From positions 10,638 to 74,637 of the IMG/VR virus record IMGVR_UViG_3300009175_000013: a stretch of 64,000 nt of DNA; one strand, given 5' to 3'. The stretch is from a virus. Made by a program: the position numbers and the translations under genes. Positions 1-8,362 of this stretch are shown piece by piece; the stretch's first letter is position 1; every line of letters begins with the position of its first letter. A model generated the notes under the pieces. It was not told the origin of the DNA. It searched no databases and was given only the letters and a program-made list of their open reading frames with translations.

Positions 1-86
1 CCCGCTCCACACACGCCACCACCCCTTCTTCCATCCAAAATTCCGCACCACCAACCGACAACCAGTACAAGTATGCAACTTAAAAC

Positions 87-374
87 CTAACATCCCAACT
101 CCTCAACCATCCCATGCACAGTATCTACCCACTTCTTCCTCACCTCATACCAAGGCACCCGACTACCTAAACTCAAATGTAGACCACTAAATACCATAAG
201 CTGCCGATGATAAATCTTACACCTATCCTGATCACTCCGCGTCAACCACCACTTGCCATCACTAAACACATACCAATGCCAATACTCATTCCGCACCGCC
301 ACCGCCGGCCTAATCCCAGAATCCGGAGCCTGCGGCACCTCCACCAACCACCCATTCTCATCCACCCCACACAT
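87..374 (-). CDS. hypothetical protein
   Basis: 95-aa Trp-rich ORF in the minus-strand run; no recognised motif. Confidence 0.5.
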   Translation of the reverse strand: MCGVDENGWLVEVPQAPDSGIRPAVAVRNEYWHWYVFSDGKWWLTRSDQDRCKIYHRQLMVFSGLHLSLGSRVPWYEVRKKWVDTVHGMVEELGC

Positions 375-387
375 CGTCGCCGTATAC

Positions 388-588
388 TCAGCGCGAAGCC
401 CTATCGAATATTGGATTTAACCACTTATAAATAAATACCCGCAAAGCCACCCAACCACCCACCAACGCAGCAGAAAATAACCCACCCACCAACGCAGCAG
501 AAAATAACAATATTTCAATATTTCTTAACAACGCGGTCTCTCCACCCACGTCCTGATCGCCTTCGCCAACTCCCCCGGATTGGGGCAC
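388..588 (-). CDS. small putative membrane protein
   Basis: hydrophobic stretch containing a duplicated LFSAALVGG; start uncertain. Confidence 0.4.
   Translation of the reverse strand: MPQSGGVGEGDQDVGGETALLRNIEILLFSAALVGGLFSAALVGGWVALRVFIYKWLNPIFDRASR
455..508. repeat. 27-bp tandem direct repeat (2 copies)
   Basis: ccacccaccaacgcagcagaaaataac occurs twice in tandem. Confidence 0.9.
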
Positions 589-971
589 AATATGGGCCGA
601 CCTCCACGGCCCCGCCCATAATCTAACAACGCCACCAACAACAACTCCAGCGACGCATTAACCCCCTGACCCTGTAAATCACACAACGCATCATAACAAA
701 ACTCCCCCACCGGACACCACACCCCCTCACCCACCAACGCCGCCCGATGCACCATACGAAACGACACATTATTAGGCCCACCCTCATGCACCACCAGAAA
801 AACCGGAACACGCGTCCCAGGATTGCACCAATCCACCAACTCTAAATTACCATCCACCCCCAAACCCAGCTCCCGCACCACAACCACCGGACCCTCCGAG
901 AACGGAGGACCCATCGGCCTGAAAACCGGCTTAGCAAAATCGCGCGGCTCATCCATAACAACTCTTGTCAC
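525..971 (-). CDS. hypothetical protein
   Basis: 148-aa ORF, co-oriented with neighbours. Confidence 0.5.
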   Translation of the reverse strand: MTRVVMDEPRDFAKPVFRPMGPPFSEGPVVVVRELGLGVDGNLELVDWCNPGTRVPVFLVVHEGGPNNVSFRMVHRAALVGEGVWCPVGEFCYDALCDLQGQGVNASLELLLVALLDYGRGRGGRPILCPNPGELAKAIRTWVERPRC

Positions 972-1063
972 ACCGCCCCGCCGCCAGAAAAGCCCTCAAA
1001 TACCAAGAAGGCCCGACCGAAGCCGAGCCTCCCAGGACCAAGTGGCCTTGACAATCTCCAAAA

Positions 1064-1459
1064 TCACCCCTCAATCACACCCTTATCCTTACCCACCCCC
1101 TCCAACGGAGCCGCCATATCACTCACGCTCCCCGCCGGCTCCCCCCGATCCTGCACTTGCGTCAACGTCTTGCGCATCAACCCCCTCGTATCCGTATCAT
1201 CCAACTTCGTCTCCATCCGCAGCAACTCCCGCATCAACACCGACAACGGTGTGGACCCCTCCAACCCAAAATCCTCCATCACCTTATGAATTTGATCCGA
1301 AGTGGGGTACGGAACCTCAGGGGCCACAGGAGCAGCGGGCTTCACCCACCGACTACTCATCTGTTGAACCTCTTCCGGAGCGGGCGGCCACCCCTCCCCA
1401 GTGTATGCATCCTCCAACAAATCCGCAATGCCCTGAATCTCTTCACGCGAAGCAGCCAT
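1064..1459 (-). CDS. hypothetical acidic protein (possible head-associated)
   Basis: ATG at 1459 with GGAG SD and an upstream CAAATATA motif; LLED site. Confidence 0.65.
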   Translation of the reverse strand: MAASREEIQGIADLLEDAYTGEGWPPAPEEVQQMSSRWVKPAAPVAPEVPYPTSDQIHKVMEDFGLEGSTPLSVLMRELLRMETKLDDTDTRGLMRKTLTQVQDRGEPAGSVSDMAAPLEGVGKDKGVIEG

Positions 1460-1509
1460 AGCATAACTCCAAATAGGAACTACACTATATTTGCACACAT
1501 ACTTCAAAC

Positions 1510-3126
1510 TCATTTGGTCGCAAACACCAAAATCGGTTCAAACGTCTTTTCCCGCCCCATAAAGCTCGCCGTCTTCATCTCAATACGATCAACAAGTCTG
1601 CGACCGCACTTAGCCGCCACCCCCAAACACATTTCCTCCTGTCTCTTCGGCAAATTTAAAGCCACCATTCCCCTAAACTTACTCAAAATATTCTCAACGA
1701 TCGGCTTCGTCAACGTCTTAGAACTATCAATCCCAAAATAATGCTCAGTATCATCATAGGGTGGAGAAGTCAACAACAAATCGCCATCAGGAAAATCGCA
1801 CACAGTAGCATCAGCAACACTAAACTGCGGTTCACTCAAAAACCGAGCACCAACAAATTTCCTAAGATTAACATGAGAATCAATCACATTCTGATTGAGA
1901 TCGGACCCCAGATATTGATATTTAGCGTCAATAGTCCCAAGCAATCTCCCACCCCAACCCATACAAGGATCAACAATCACACCGCCAGATGGAAGATACT
2001 TATCATAAACGCCGCGAGCAACCCACGGTTTAAAGATGGAGACTGCCGCAAAGTCCTTATAAAACTTAATGATTGAGCTAATAAATCCATATATGGCGAC
2101 TTCAGATTTAATCGCCCACGCCCTCTCAATGGCGTTTCTTAGAATTGATGTATTGCCGCATTCCCACGCCGCAGTAACTGGCAGATACCCTTTGTGGGTA
2201 GATCTCCAATAATGCTGGCTAAAATGCTTAATCAGGCTAACCGCGCTATCATTCTGGAAATTGGCATTAAATTGCGCACCACCTGGCGATTTATATCCAT
2301 CCAACCCACCACGCAATATGTGGCTCGGATATTGAGGTGGCATAAACCCATAATTAAGAAGCCAATCGGCACAACTGCCTGGAGTATTCCAGATTAATTT
2401 CCAGTTGCAACAATAATATCGATCAGCATCCTGAATCACAATTTTATAATAATCACCAAACTTGCCGAGATCGGCGGAGTTTGCTGCTGCCACCAGCATA
2501 TCGCGCACCACTACACGCCGATTCGGCCCTGGCTCATGAGCAATTGAGATACCATCTGGCTCAATATAATACTCATAATTACAGTATTTAACTTTAATGC
2601 CAGATTTAACCGACTTGCCAGTACTGGGAATAACAAAAGCCTTGACCGGAGCATCCACACTCCGCTGTGGACTCCTATGCAGTGCTTTTATTCCATACCT
2701 AGCCGCCACTGCACAGACAGTATTCGCCCGCACCCCAACCATGGAAGCTATCTTCCTAAATGAATATTTATTGGCTAACTCAGCAAACTGCTCGCGATCA
2801 TTTAGTATGCTTGGCCTCTTAGCATCATCCATGGATCTGAATTTCATTTCTGGTTTATACTTAAGCAGTTGCCGCTTAATCCTGGCCACTGGCGCGCAAT
2901 ATGCCTTATGAAGAGCATCTAGACTGGCCCCGGCCACATAGGCACCATAAACCTTGGCGATCGGCAACAATTTTTCGATTGATTTGTGCCGCCCGGCTAT
3001 GCCATGTTTTTTACAAATTACCGATACAACACCCGGCGCAGTCCCCAATTGTGCCGCAACGGATGACATCGATATGCCATCTACCTCAACCATCTGCCTA
3101 ATCATATTTATATCATACTTGCCCAT
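1510..3126 (-). CDS. amino-DNA methyltransferase (N6A/N4C) with N-terminal HTH repeats
   Basis: motif I DPCMGWGGRLLG and motif IV TSPPY in the C-terminal part; several HTH-like segments (e.g. SFRKIASMVGVRANTV) in the N-terminal part. Confidence 0.8.
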   Translation of the reverse strand: MGKYDINMIRQMVEVDGISMSSVAAQLGTAPGVVSVICKKHGIAGRHKSIEKLLPIAKVYGAYVAGASLDALHKAYCAPVARIKRQLLKYKPEMKFRSMDDAKRPSILNDREQFAELANKYSFRKIASMVGVRANTVCAVAARYGIKALHRSPQRSVDAPVKAFVIPSTGKSVKSGIKVKYCNYEYYIEPDGISIAHEPGPNRRVVVRDMLVAAANSADLGKFGDYYKIVIQDADRYYCCNWKLIWNTPGSCADWLLNYGFMPPQYPSHILRGGLDGYKSPGGAQFNANFQNDSAVSLIKHFSQHYWRSTHKGYLPVTAAWECGNTSILRNAIERAWAIKSEVAIYGFISSIIKFYKDFAAVSIFKPWVARGVYDKYLPSGGVIVDPCMGWGGRLLGTIDAKYQYLGSDLNQNVIDSHVNLRKFVGARFLSEPQFSVADATVCDFPDGDLLLTSPPYDDTEHYFGIDSSKTLTKPIVENILSKFRGMVALNLPKRQEEMCLGVAAKCGRRLVDRIEMKTASFMGREKTFEPILVFATK

Positions 3127-3859
3127 GATTCGCCTTTATATCATTAATCCATTTTATAACACTTAAATCATCAAACGTTGATCTAGCCCTATTAATGGCT
3201 TTCAAAACCAATCTAATATTAGTAACTAGGTATCCGATTTTATTATCAATTCGATCAATAGATAAGCTAAGACATGGGTGGGCATAGCATGCCATTTTAA
3301 CCCCAGCGAGGGCGCATTCGCCATTCTGAGATCTATATAATTCCACTACCTTATCAGTATTAATATCATTTTCGGCGAACTTGGCCTGGGCGTTTCGGAC
3401 ACAAGTTGAGATATAATCCCTACTAAACTTCTCTGGTTTAAATAAACTTGGATCTTTAATACATTCTACAAAATATATCACATCCGCATTGGTGTGTCGA
3501 TTCTTAGCTAGGTTAATGCCCCTACACACTAACTGGGTATTAAGTTTAGTGTGCCCAATAGAATTGTCAATGCGATCGATCGATAGAGACCAAAGTGAAA
3601 AATCGTGCGTGAGAGTTAGACCAGAAATCGCACACTTTTCATTGGTACTATATAACTTATTGATAAATCCCAGGTCTAAATCGCAGCCCCTACCCTTGGA
3701 TTTATCCTCCAGAATCGCCTGCCAAGCATGCCTGGTAATCCATGATCTCCACGTTCTTGTGTAATATAAGTGATTGTGTTTGGACTGCTCAATAGACCTG
3801 CCAGCCCTACACTTCTTGACATATTCTCTGTTGCGATGCAACCTCTCATCGTTTGTCAT
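3113..3859 (-). CDS. HNH-like endonuclease with a tandemly duplicated domain
   Basis: two copies of CA(I/L)xG...LSIDRIDNxIG(H/Y)...N..LV...IN; AT-rich. Confidence 0.75.
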   Translation of the reverse strand: MTNDERLHRNREYVKKCRAGRSIEQSKHNHLYYTRTWRSWITRHAWQAILEDKSKGRGCDLDLGFINKLYSTNEKCAISGLTLTHDFSLWSLSIDRIDNSIGHTKLNTQLVCRGINLAKNRHTNADVIYFVECIKDPSLFKPEKFSRDYISTCVRNAQAKFAENDINTDKVVELYRSQNGECALAGVKMACYAHPCLSLSIDRIDNKIGYLVTNIRLVLKAINRARSTFDDLSVIKWINDIKANHGQV

Positions 3860-3904
3860 AATACCTTTAATACATCGCGTCATTATAGTATTATGTGCAT
3901 ATAT

Positions 3905-3940
3905 AAAAAAGAACCCCGGTTTCTTAGGCCGGGGTTCTTT
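3905..3940 (-). terminator. intrinsic terminator after the major capsid gene
   Basis: aaagaaccccgg/ccggggttcttt stem followed by a T run on the minus strand. Confidence 0.85.
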
Positions 3941-3949
3941 ACTAAACTA

Positions 3950-5491
3950 TTACAGATTCGATACGGTGATGGTGGCATAGTAAAGTCCACCATCTTCTAT
4001 CAACTTCTTACCATACCGCGTCATGATGCCCTTGCTCGGCGTATAGGAGTTTGGATCCAATACGGTCGGGGTCGAGAGGAGGGGGATGTACGGAGCATAG
4101 AAGTATCCAGCATCCAGGACCGAATTGCCCTTATAACCCAAGAGGATCTTGCAGTTGGGGAACAGCGGGTCCTTGAAGAGCTGGAGTTTGCCCTGGATGG
4201 TGCCGGCGTTCATGATGCCGATATCCATGCCTTCGTCGACCATGGCGTCGGAGCCACGGAAGTCGTTGAGCTGCTCGAACTTGGAGCTGATGTCCGCGGA
4301 GGTGACCATCCAGTTGGCGGGGCCACGGAGGGTGGTCCGGTGGATGATGTTGGCAACTTCGAGGACTTTGTAGAGCAGAGCGATGTTGCGGTCGGTGAAG
4401 TTGACGGAGGCTCCGGCGGCGGTGGCGAAGTTGTGGGAGGCCCGAATTGCCGCACTGATAATCAGGTCGTTGATGATTTCACGGTCGATTTCGGCGACCA
4501 TTTCATCAGCCATCAAATCGGTGAGGGTGGATTCGGCGTCGATGTTGTGTACGGCCTTGAGGTCTTGGGCGGCTTCCAGCGACCAGGCGGTCTTGAGCTT
4601 GCGGGTAACGGCGGCGACGGAGTCGCTGTCGATGCTCAGGGTGAGTTCGGGCTGGAAGGGGTTGGCTTCGAGGTCGTATTCGTAGTTGACGCGGGCGAAT
4701 GCGCCGACTGGGAAGGTTCCAGCATCGAATTTGACTTTGAGTTCGCCGGTGGTGTTGCTGAAGCTGGAGTAGGAGGTATCAACGGTGATACCGGAGGTGA
4801 CATCGCAGCCTTCGCCGAGGACTACGACATCGACTGCGCCGTCGGAGTCGAAGGTGACTTGGACGCAGGGGACCATGTTTTCGCAGGTGGCGCTCTTCTG
4901 GGCGAGGTCGTAGACGTTGAGGACTACGGTGCCGGCGAGTACTGGGCGGTGTTGGAGGATGTGATCGACTTTGTTGGCGGCGAAGGTGGTGACGTCTTCG
5001 TCACGGACTTGCTGCGAGGAGTAGTAGGGGTCGAGTGCCCAGCCGTTTTGCTTGGCGAAGGTTTGGCTGGTGTTTTGACGCATGATCTGGGTTCCGGCGA
5101 CCGTCTGGCCCTTGGTGAGGGCGTAGCGGTAGCGGATGTAGAAGATCAGGCTGGCGGGCTGGCTCATTGGCTGGACGCCGACGAGGTTGTCGGAGATCAG
5201 GCGAGCGTAGCTCTTGCGGATGAGGGGGAGGGCGAACCGGGTGAAGTCGGCGACGTTGCCGGTGGTGGTGACGTCTTCGAACAGCACGGTGCGGTTTTTG
5301 GGGTCCCAGGCCTTGTGCTGGTTTTCAAGCAGGGTGGCCATGAGGCCGAGTTTGCCCTTCTTGATTTCGCGGCACTTCTGGAGGACTGGGCTCCAGCGGG
5401 CGACGTCCTGGTTTTTCTTGGATTCGGCCAGGACTGCGGCTTTGTGGGAGTCGCGGGTTTCAGTGATTGTGGTTTTGACGTGTTCTGCCAT
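3950..5491 (-). CDS. gp23: major capsid protein (T4 gp23-like)
   Basis: LVGVQPMSQPASLIFYIR, TRKLKTAWSLEAAQDLKAVHNIDAE, AEIDREII, GYFYAPYIPL, KGIMTRYG. Confidence 0.97.
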   Translation of the reverse strand: MAEHVKTTITETRDSHKAAVLAESKKNQDVARWSPVLQKCREIKKGKLGLMATLLENQHKAWDPKNRTVLFEDVTTTGNVADFTRFALPLIRKSYARLISDNLVGVQPMSQPASLIFYIRYRYALTKGQTVAGTQIMRQNTSQTFAKQNGWALDPYYSSQQVRDEDVTTFAANKVDHILQHRPVLAGTVVLNVYDLAQKSATCENMVPCVQVTFDSDGAVDVVVLGEGCDVTSGITVDTSYSSFSNTTGELKVKFDAGTFPVGAFARVNYEYDLEANPFQPELTLSIDSDSVAAVTRKLKTAWSLEAAQDLKAVHNIDAESTLTDLMADEMVAEIDREIINDLIISAAIRASHNFATAAGASVNFTDRNIALLYKVLEVANIIHRTTLRGPANWMVTSADISSKFEQLNDFRGSDAMVDEGMDIGIMNAGTIQGKLQLFKDPLFPNCKILLGYKGNSVLDAGYFYAPYIPLLSTPTVLDPNSYTPSKGIMTRYGKKLIEDGGLYYATITVSNL

Positions 5492-5562
5492 GGGTATTTC
5501 TCCTTATCCTGGCAAATCCCATTTCTTAATTATAGGTTTGCCTGGAAGTTGTCTTTTTTCAG

Positions 5563-6336
5563 TTACTCTTCGAGCGATGCGGCGATGGCATCGGGGCTGA
5601 AGCTGTCGGCGATGACTGGGGCTTCCTTCTTGGGTTCCACTTTGGTGGCAACTTGGGAGTGGTCGCTCAGTCTGGTCGTCGCGGGTTCAGCTGACGGTTT
5701 GCGCCCTTCGGTGAGGGATTTGGCAGGTTCCTCTTTCTTGGCTTCGGGTTTGCCTTCGGTTTTCCCTTCGGCGACTGGTTTGGCTGGTTCCACCTTGGTT
5801 TCGTTGATGGGTTTGCCGGCTTTGACCAGGGCTTCTTGGAGTTCCTTGGCTAGGACCTTGTTCCGTTCGAGAGTTTTCCCGGCGATGCTGTGGGCGCGGA
5901 TGGCCTTTTCGGCGAGCATCTTGGAGTTTTCCTGCTCAGCGTGGAGTTGCTCGGTGAGTTGCTGTACTTGCCCTTGGGCGGCCTTGACTTCCGCAGTATC
6001 GCCTTTGCCATTCACTTCCACTCCCTCGAGCAGAGCTGCGATGGATTGGAGTTTGGCTTCGGCAGCGGCGTCCTTTATGGCCACTTGCTTGGCAATCTGT
6101 TGCTCGATCTTCTCGGAACGGGTTTCGAAGAAAATCTGCACTTTGCGGGCAAGGTCACGCTTGTAACTTTCGACCTCTTCGAGGCAGAGGGCTTTCGCCT
6201 TTTCCAGGCGTTTCTGGTATTCTTCTTTGATTTCGGTGGCGGATTTGTTCTTCCACTCTTCGAGGGTCTTGACGATGGTAGTCGCGAGTTCTTTGGATCC
6301 ACCGAGTTGTTCGAGTAGGGCTTTGATCTTTTCCAT
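5563..6336 (-). CDS. prohead core/scaffold protein (gp22-like)
   Basis: coiled-coil, E/K-rich, immediately upstream of the major capsid gene. Confidence 0.7.
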   Translation of the reverse strand: MEKIKALLEQLGGSKELATTIVKTLEEWKNKSATEIKEEYQKRLEKAKALCLEEVESYKRDLARKVQIFFETRSEKIEQQIAKQVAIKDAAAEAKLQSIAALLEGVEVNGKGDTAEVKAAQGQVQQLTEQLHAEQENSKMLAEKAIRAHSIAGKTLERNKVLAKELQEALVKAGKPINETKVEPAKPVAEGKTEGKPEAKKEEPAKSLTEGRKPSAEPATTRLSDHSQVATKVEPKKEAPVIADSFSPDAIAASLEE

Positions 6337-6382
6337 GAGCTTCTCCTCTGTGTCCTTTTAAACTACAGACTCTTGGCCCTAC

Positions 6383-6721
6383 TTACTCAGGTTGTGGGCG
6401 AACGTCTTTGGTGGCCAGGCCGGACTTGGTGAATCCAGCAACGGAGGTGGTTTTCAGGCCGCCGCTGTTGCCTTTGGGCATGAGAGCTGGGCCTTTGCCC
6501 TTGGTGCCGCAGCACACGCTCTTGCCGCCCAGGTTGGCCATCTTGTGTTCGCCACCGGCGAAATGTCCACCGCTGGTGACACCACCGGAGGTGCCGGCCA
6601 TGGGGCGGACATTGGCTTTGGCGAGGCTCTTGCCGCCGCCGCCGCCGCCGATTGCTTTCATGCCGATTCCCGCCCCGCCGCTCTTGGTTCCCGAGAATCC
6701 AGTGAGAGTTTTGCCGGCCAT
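6383..6721 (-). CDS. small Gly/Lys-rich basic protein
   Basis: GAGGAG SD and upstream CAAATGTA motif; lies in the head operon. Confidence 0.65.
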   Translation of the reverse strand: MAGKTLTGFSGTKSGGAGIGMKAIGGGGGGKSLAKANVRPMAGTSGGVTSGGHFAGGEHKMANLGGKSVCCGTKGKGPALMPKGNSGGLKTTSVAGFTKSGLATKDVRPQPE

Positions 6722-6795
6722 GTTTTGCTCCTCTGTAGATAACGGATGCTAGATGTCATCCTGTTTCCTAAAATTTACATTTGCTCGGAGGATGC

Positions 6796-7143
6796 ATGAG
6801 TAAAATAATGGCCATTGTAGAATCCATGATTGCCCATAAAGCCCATGTCGTAAAATGGCACCGCAACCTCCAGAATTGCATCCTCTTAACTCAGTGCCGA
6901 GTCTGCGGCAAGGATTCCAAAGTCTCTATTGACGCTATCTACCGTCAATACCAGAGGGGCAGCAAACTTTATAAGTGTAAGTCCTGCTCGAGCTCAATGG
7001 GATGGAGTGCATTATCACGCAAGGCCGCCGGCTCCCGCGCACGAAAGAACTGGAAAGATCCTAATTATGCTGGGAAAATCGTGGGGAAGGCAATGGCCAG
7101 GAGCATTAAGAAGAAAGCTCGCAGTGGGTTGGATTTATTATAG
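6796..7143 (+). CDS. basic Zn-finger protein
   Basis: CRVC...CKSC; GGAGG SD. Confidence 0.6.
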   Translation: MSKIMAIVESMIAHKAHVVKWHRNLQNCILLTQCRVCGKDSKVSIDAIYRQYQRGSKLYKCKSCSSSMGWSALSRKAAGSRARKNWKDPNYAGKIVGKAMARSIKKKARSGLDLL

Positions 7144-7157
7144 CTCAAAGATAAGGT

Positions 7158-7481
7158 ATGAAGCTCAAGACTTTATTCGAGGAAGTTCAGCCAGACATCC
7201 AGGCTTTTGCAGATTTGTTCGGGCTAACGGTCACGCCAGCGGGGCGTGATACCTATTCCGATGCTCCTGCTTTTTATTTGAGTGAAGGGCCGCTGGCACG
7301 CGCTGGTGAGGGGTTCGCAACTCCTACTTATTATGTATTTCTTCCTGCTGCGTCCAGGAATTTATTCATCCAGGGTGCTTTTAATGGGACGCAGGATGCA
7401 CAGGGCTTTCCGACGCGGTGGCCTTTGACGCGGTTTGCCGAGGCGGGGATGTTGTCGGGTGGGGATACCATTAAGCTCTAA
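7158..7481 (+). CDS. hypothetical protein
   Basis: N-terminus MKLKTLFEE; CAAAGATA motif 4 nt upstream of the ATG. Confidence 0.65.
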   Translation: MKLKTLFEEVQPDIQAFADLFGLTVTPAGRDTYSDAPAFYLSEGPLARAGEGFATPTYYVFLPAASRNLFIQGAFNGTQDAQGFPTRWPLTRFAEAGMLSGGDTIKL

Positions 7482-7485
7482 ATAA

Positions 7486-7521
7486 GCCGATGCCCCCGAG
7501 CTGTGAGAACGGGGGCATGGC
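7486..7521. terminator. hairpin between convergent genes
   Basis: gccgatgcccccg/cgggggcatggc inverted repeat. Confidence 0.6.
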
Positions 7522-7548
7522 GAGAGAGAGGGGGACAAGTGGGCTGTG

Positions 7549-8268
7549 TTATAGTCCGAGTTTCTGGCGTAATTCCCGCATCAGGGCTGCTCTGGTGTTC
7601 ATCTGGGAGAGGTTGGCTCGCGTGATGATGCCACGGCGTGGTTTGCCTTGGCGGCTTTCCATTACGGAGAGGGTGGCTTCCAGTACGGATGGTTCACCAA
7701 CTACGTCCCAGGTGACGAAGCGGTAGCCGGGCTGGACGATGTAGCGTTCGTTCTCGGAGCCTTCGTTGACTACTTCCATGTCGCCGACGCCGCGCGAGGA
7801 GATGCCGAGCTTGACCCCAGCGCGGAGGAGTGCGGCGAGGTTTTTACCTTGGTCGGTGCCTTCGATGACTTCGGCTTCGCCGTAGACGTATTTGCCTTCG
7901 GTCCAGACTTTGGTGATGAGGTGGCTGACTCTTTCGAGGTGGATTTTGGCATCGGGCGGGTGGTCGAATTCGCCCATGACGACGCGGCGGGTGAGGTCGG
8001 GTTGGAGGGCTCCTACGGCTTCGCGGATGATTGGTCCGGTGTAGAGGCGGTGATTTTGGTTTTCTTCGTCCATCTTTTGGAAGATGCCGGTGATGCGGAG
8101 GATTTGTTTGGCTGCCGCTCCGGCGGCTTCGGAGAGAACGGACTTGACTTCTTTGACGTCGAAGGCGTAGGTTTCCTGGAGGAATTTCTTGCCGACGGGG
8201 ATGATGCCGGTTTGGGCGATGAGGCCGCGATTGAATTCTTGCACGATCCCGGATTGTCTGGTGATCAT
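7549..8268 (-). CDS. gp21: prohead maturation protease (T4 gp21-like)
   Basis: NQNHRLY, MGEFDHP, VSHLITK, KLGISSRGVG, WDVVGEPS. Confidence 0.95.
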   Translation of the reverse strand: MITRQSGIVQEFNRGLIAQTGIIPVGKKFLQETYAFDVKEVKSVLSEAAGAAAKQILRITGIFQKMDEENQNHRLYTGPIIREAVGALQPDLTRRVVMGEFDHPPDAKIHLERVSHLITKVWTEGKYVYGEAEVIEGTDQGKNLAALLRAGVKLGISSRGVGDMEVVNEGSENERYIVQPGYRFVTWDVVGEPSVLEATLSVMESRQGKPRRGIITRANLSQMNTRAALMRELRQKLGL

Positions 8269-8362
8269 AGTCTCTCCATGTTTTGCCAATTTATTTTTGC
8301 CGGGATGGGATTATATATACGGCGAGGGCGTGCTGTTACACACGCCCTCGGTCTTCATCGGG

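Noticed and set aside
3770-6166. 798-aa antisense ORF over the capsid and scaffold genes (also 7648-8562, 17758-18951, 43637-45139, 60022-61308)
   Set aside because: These are shadow ORFs expected from strong sense-strand codon bias (few TTA/CTA/TCA); they have no motifs of their own.
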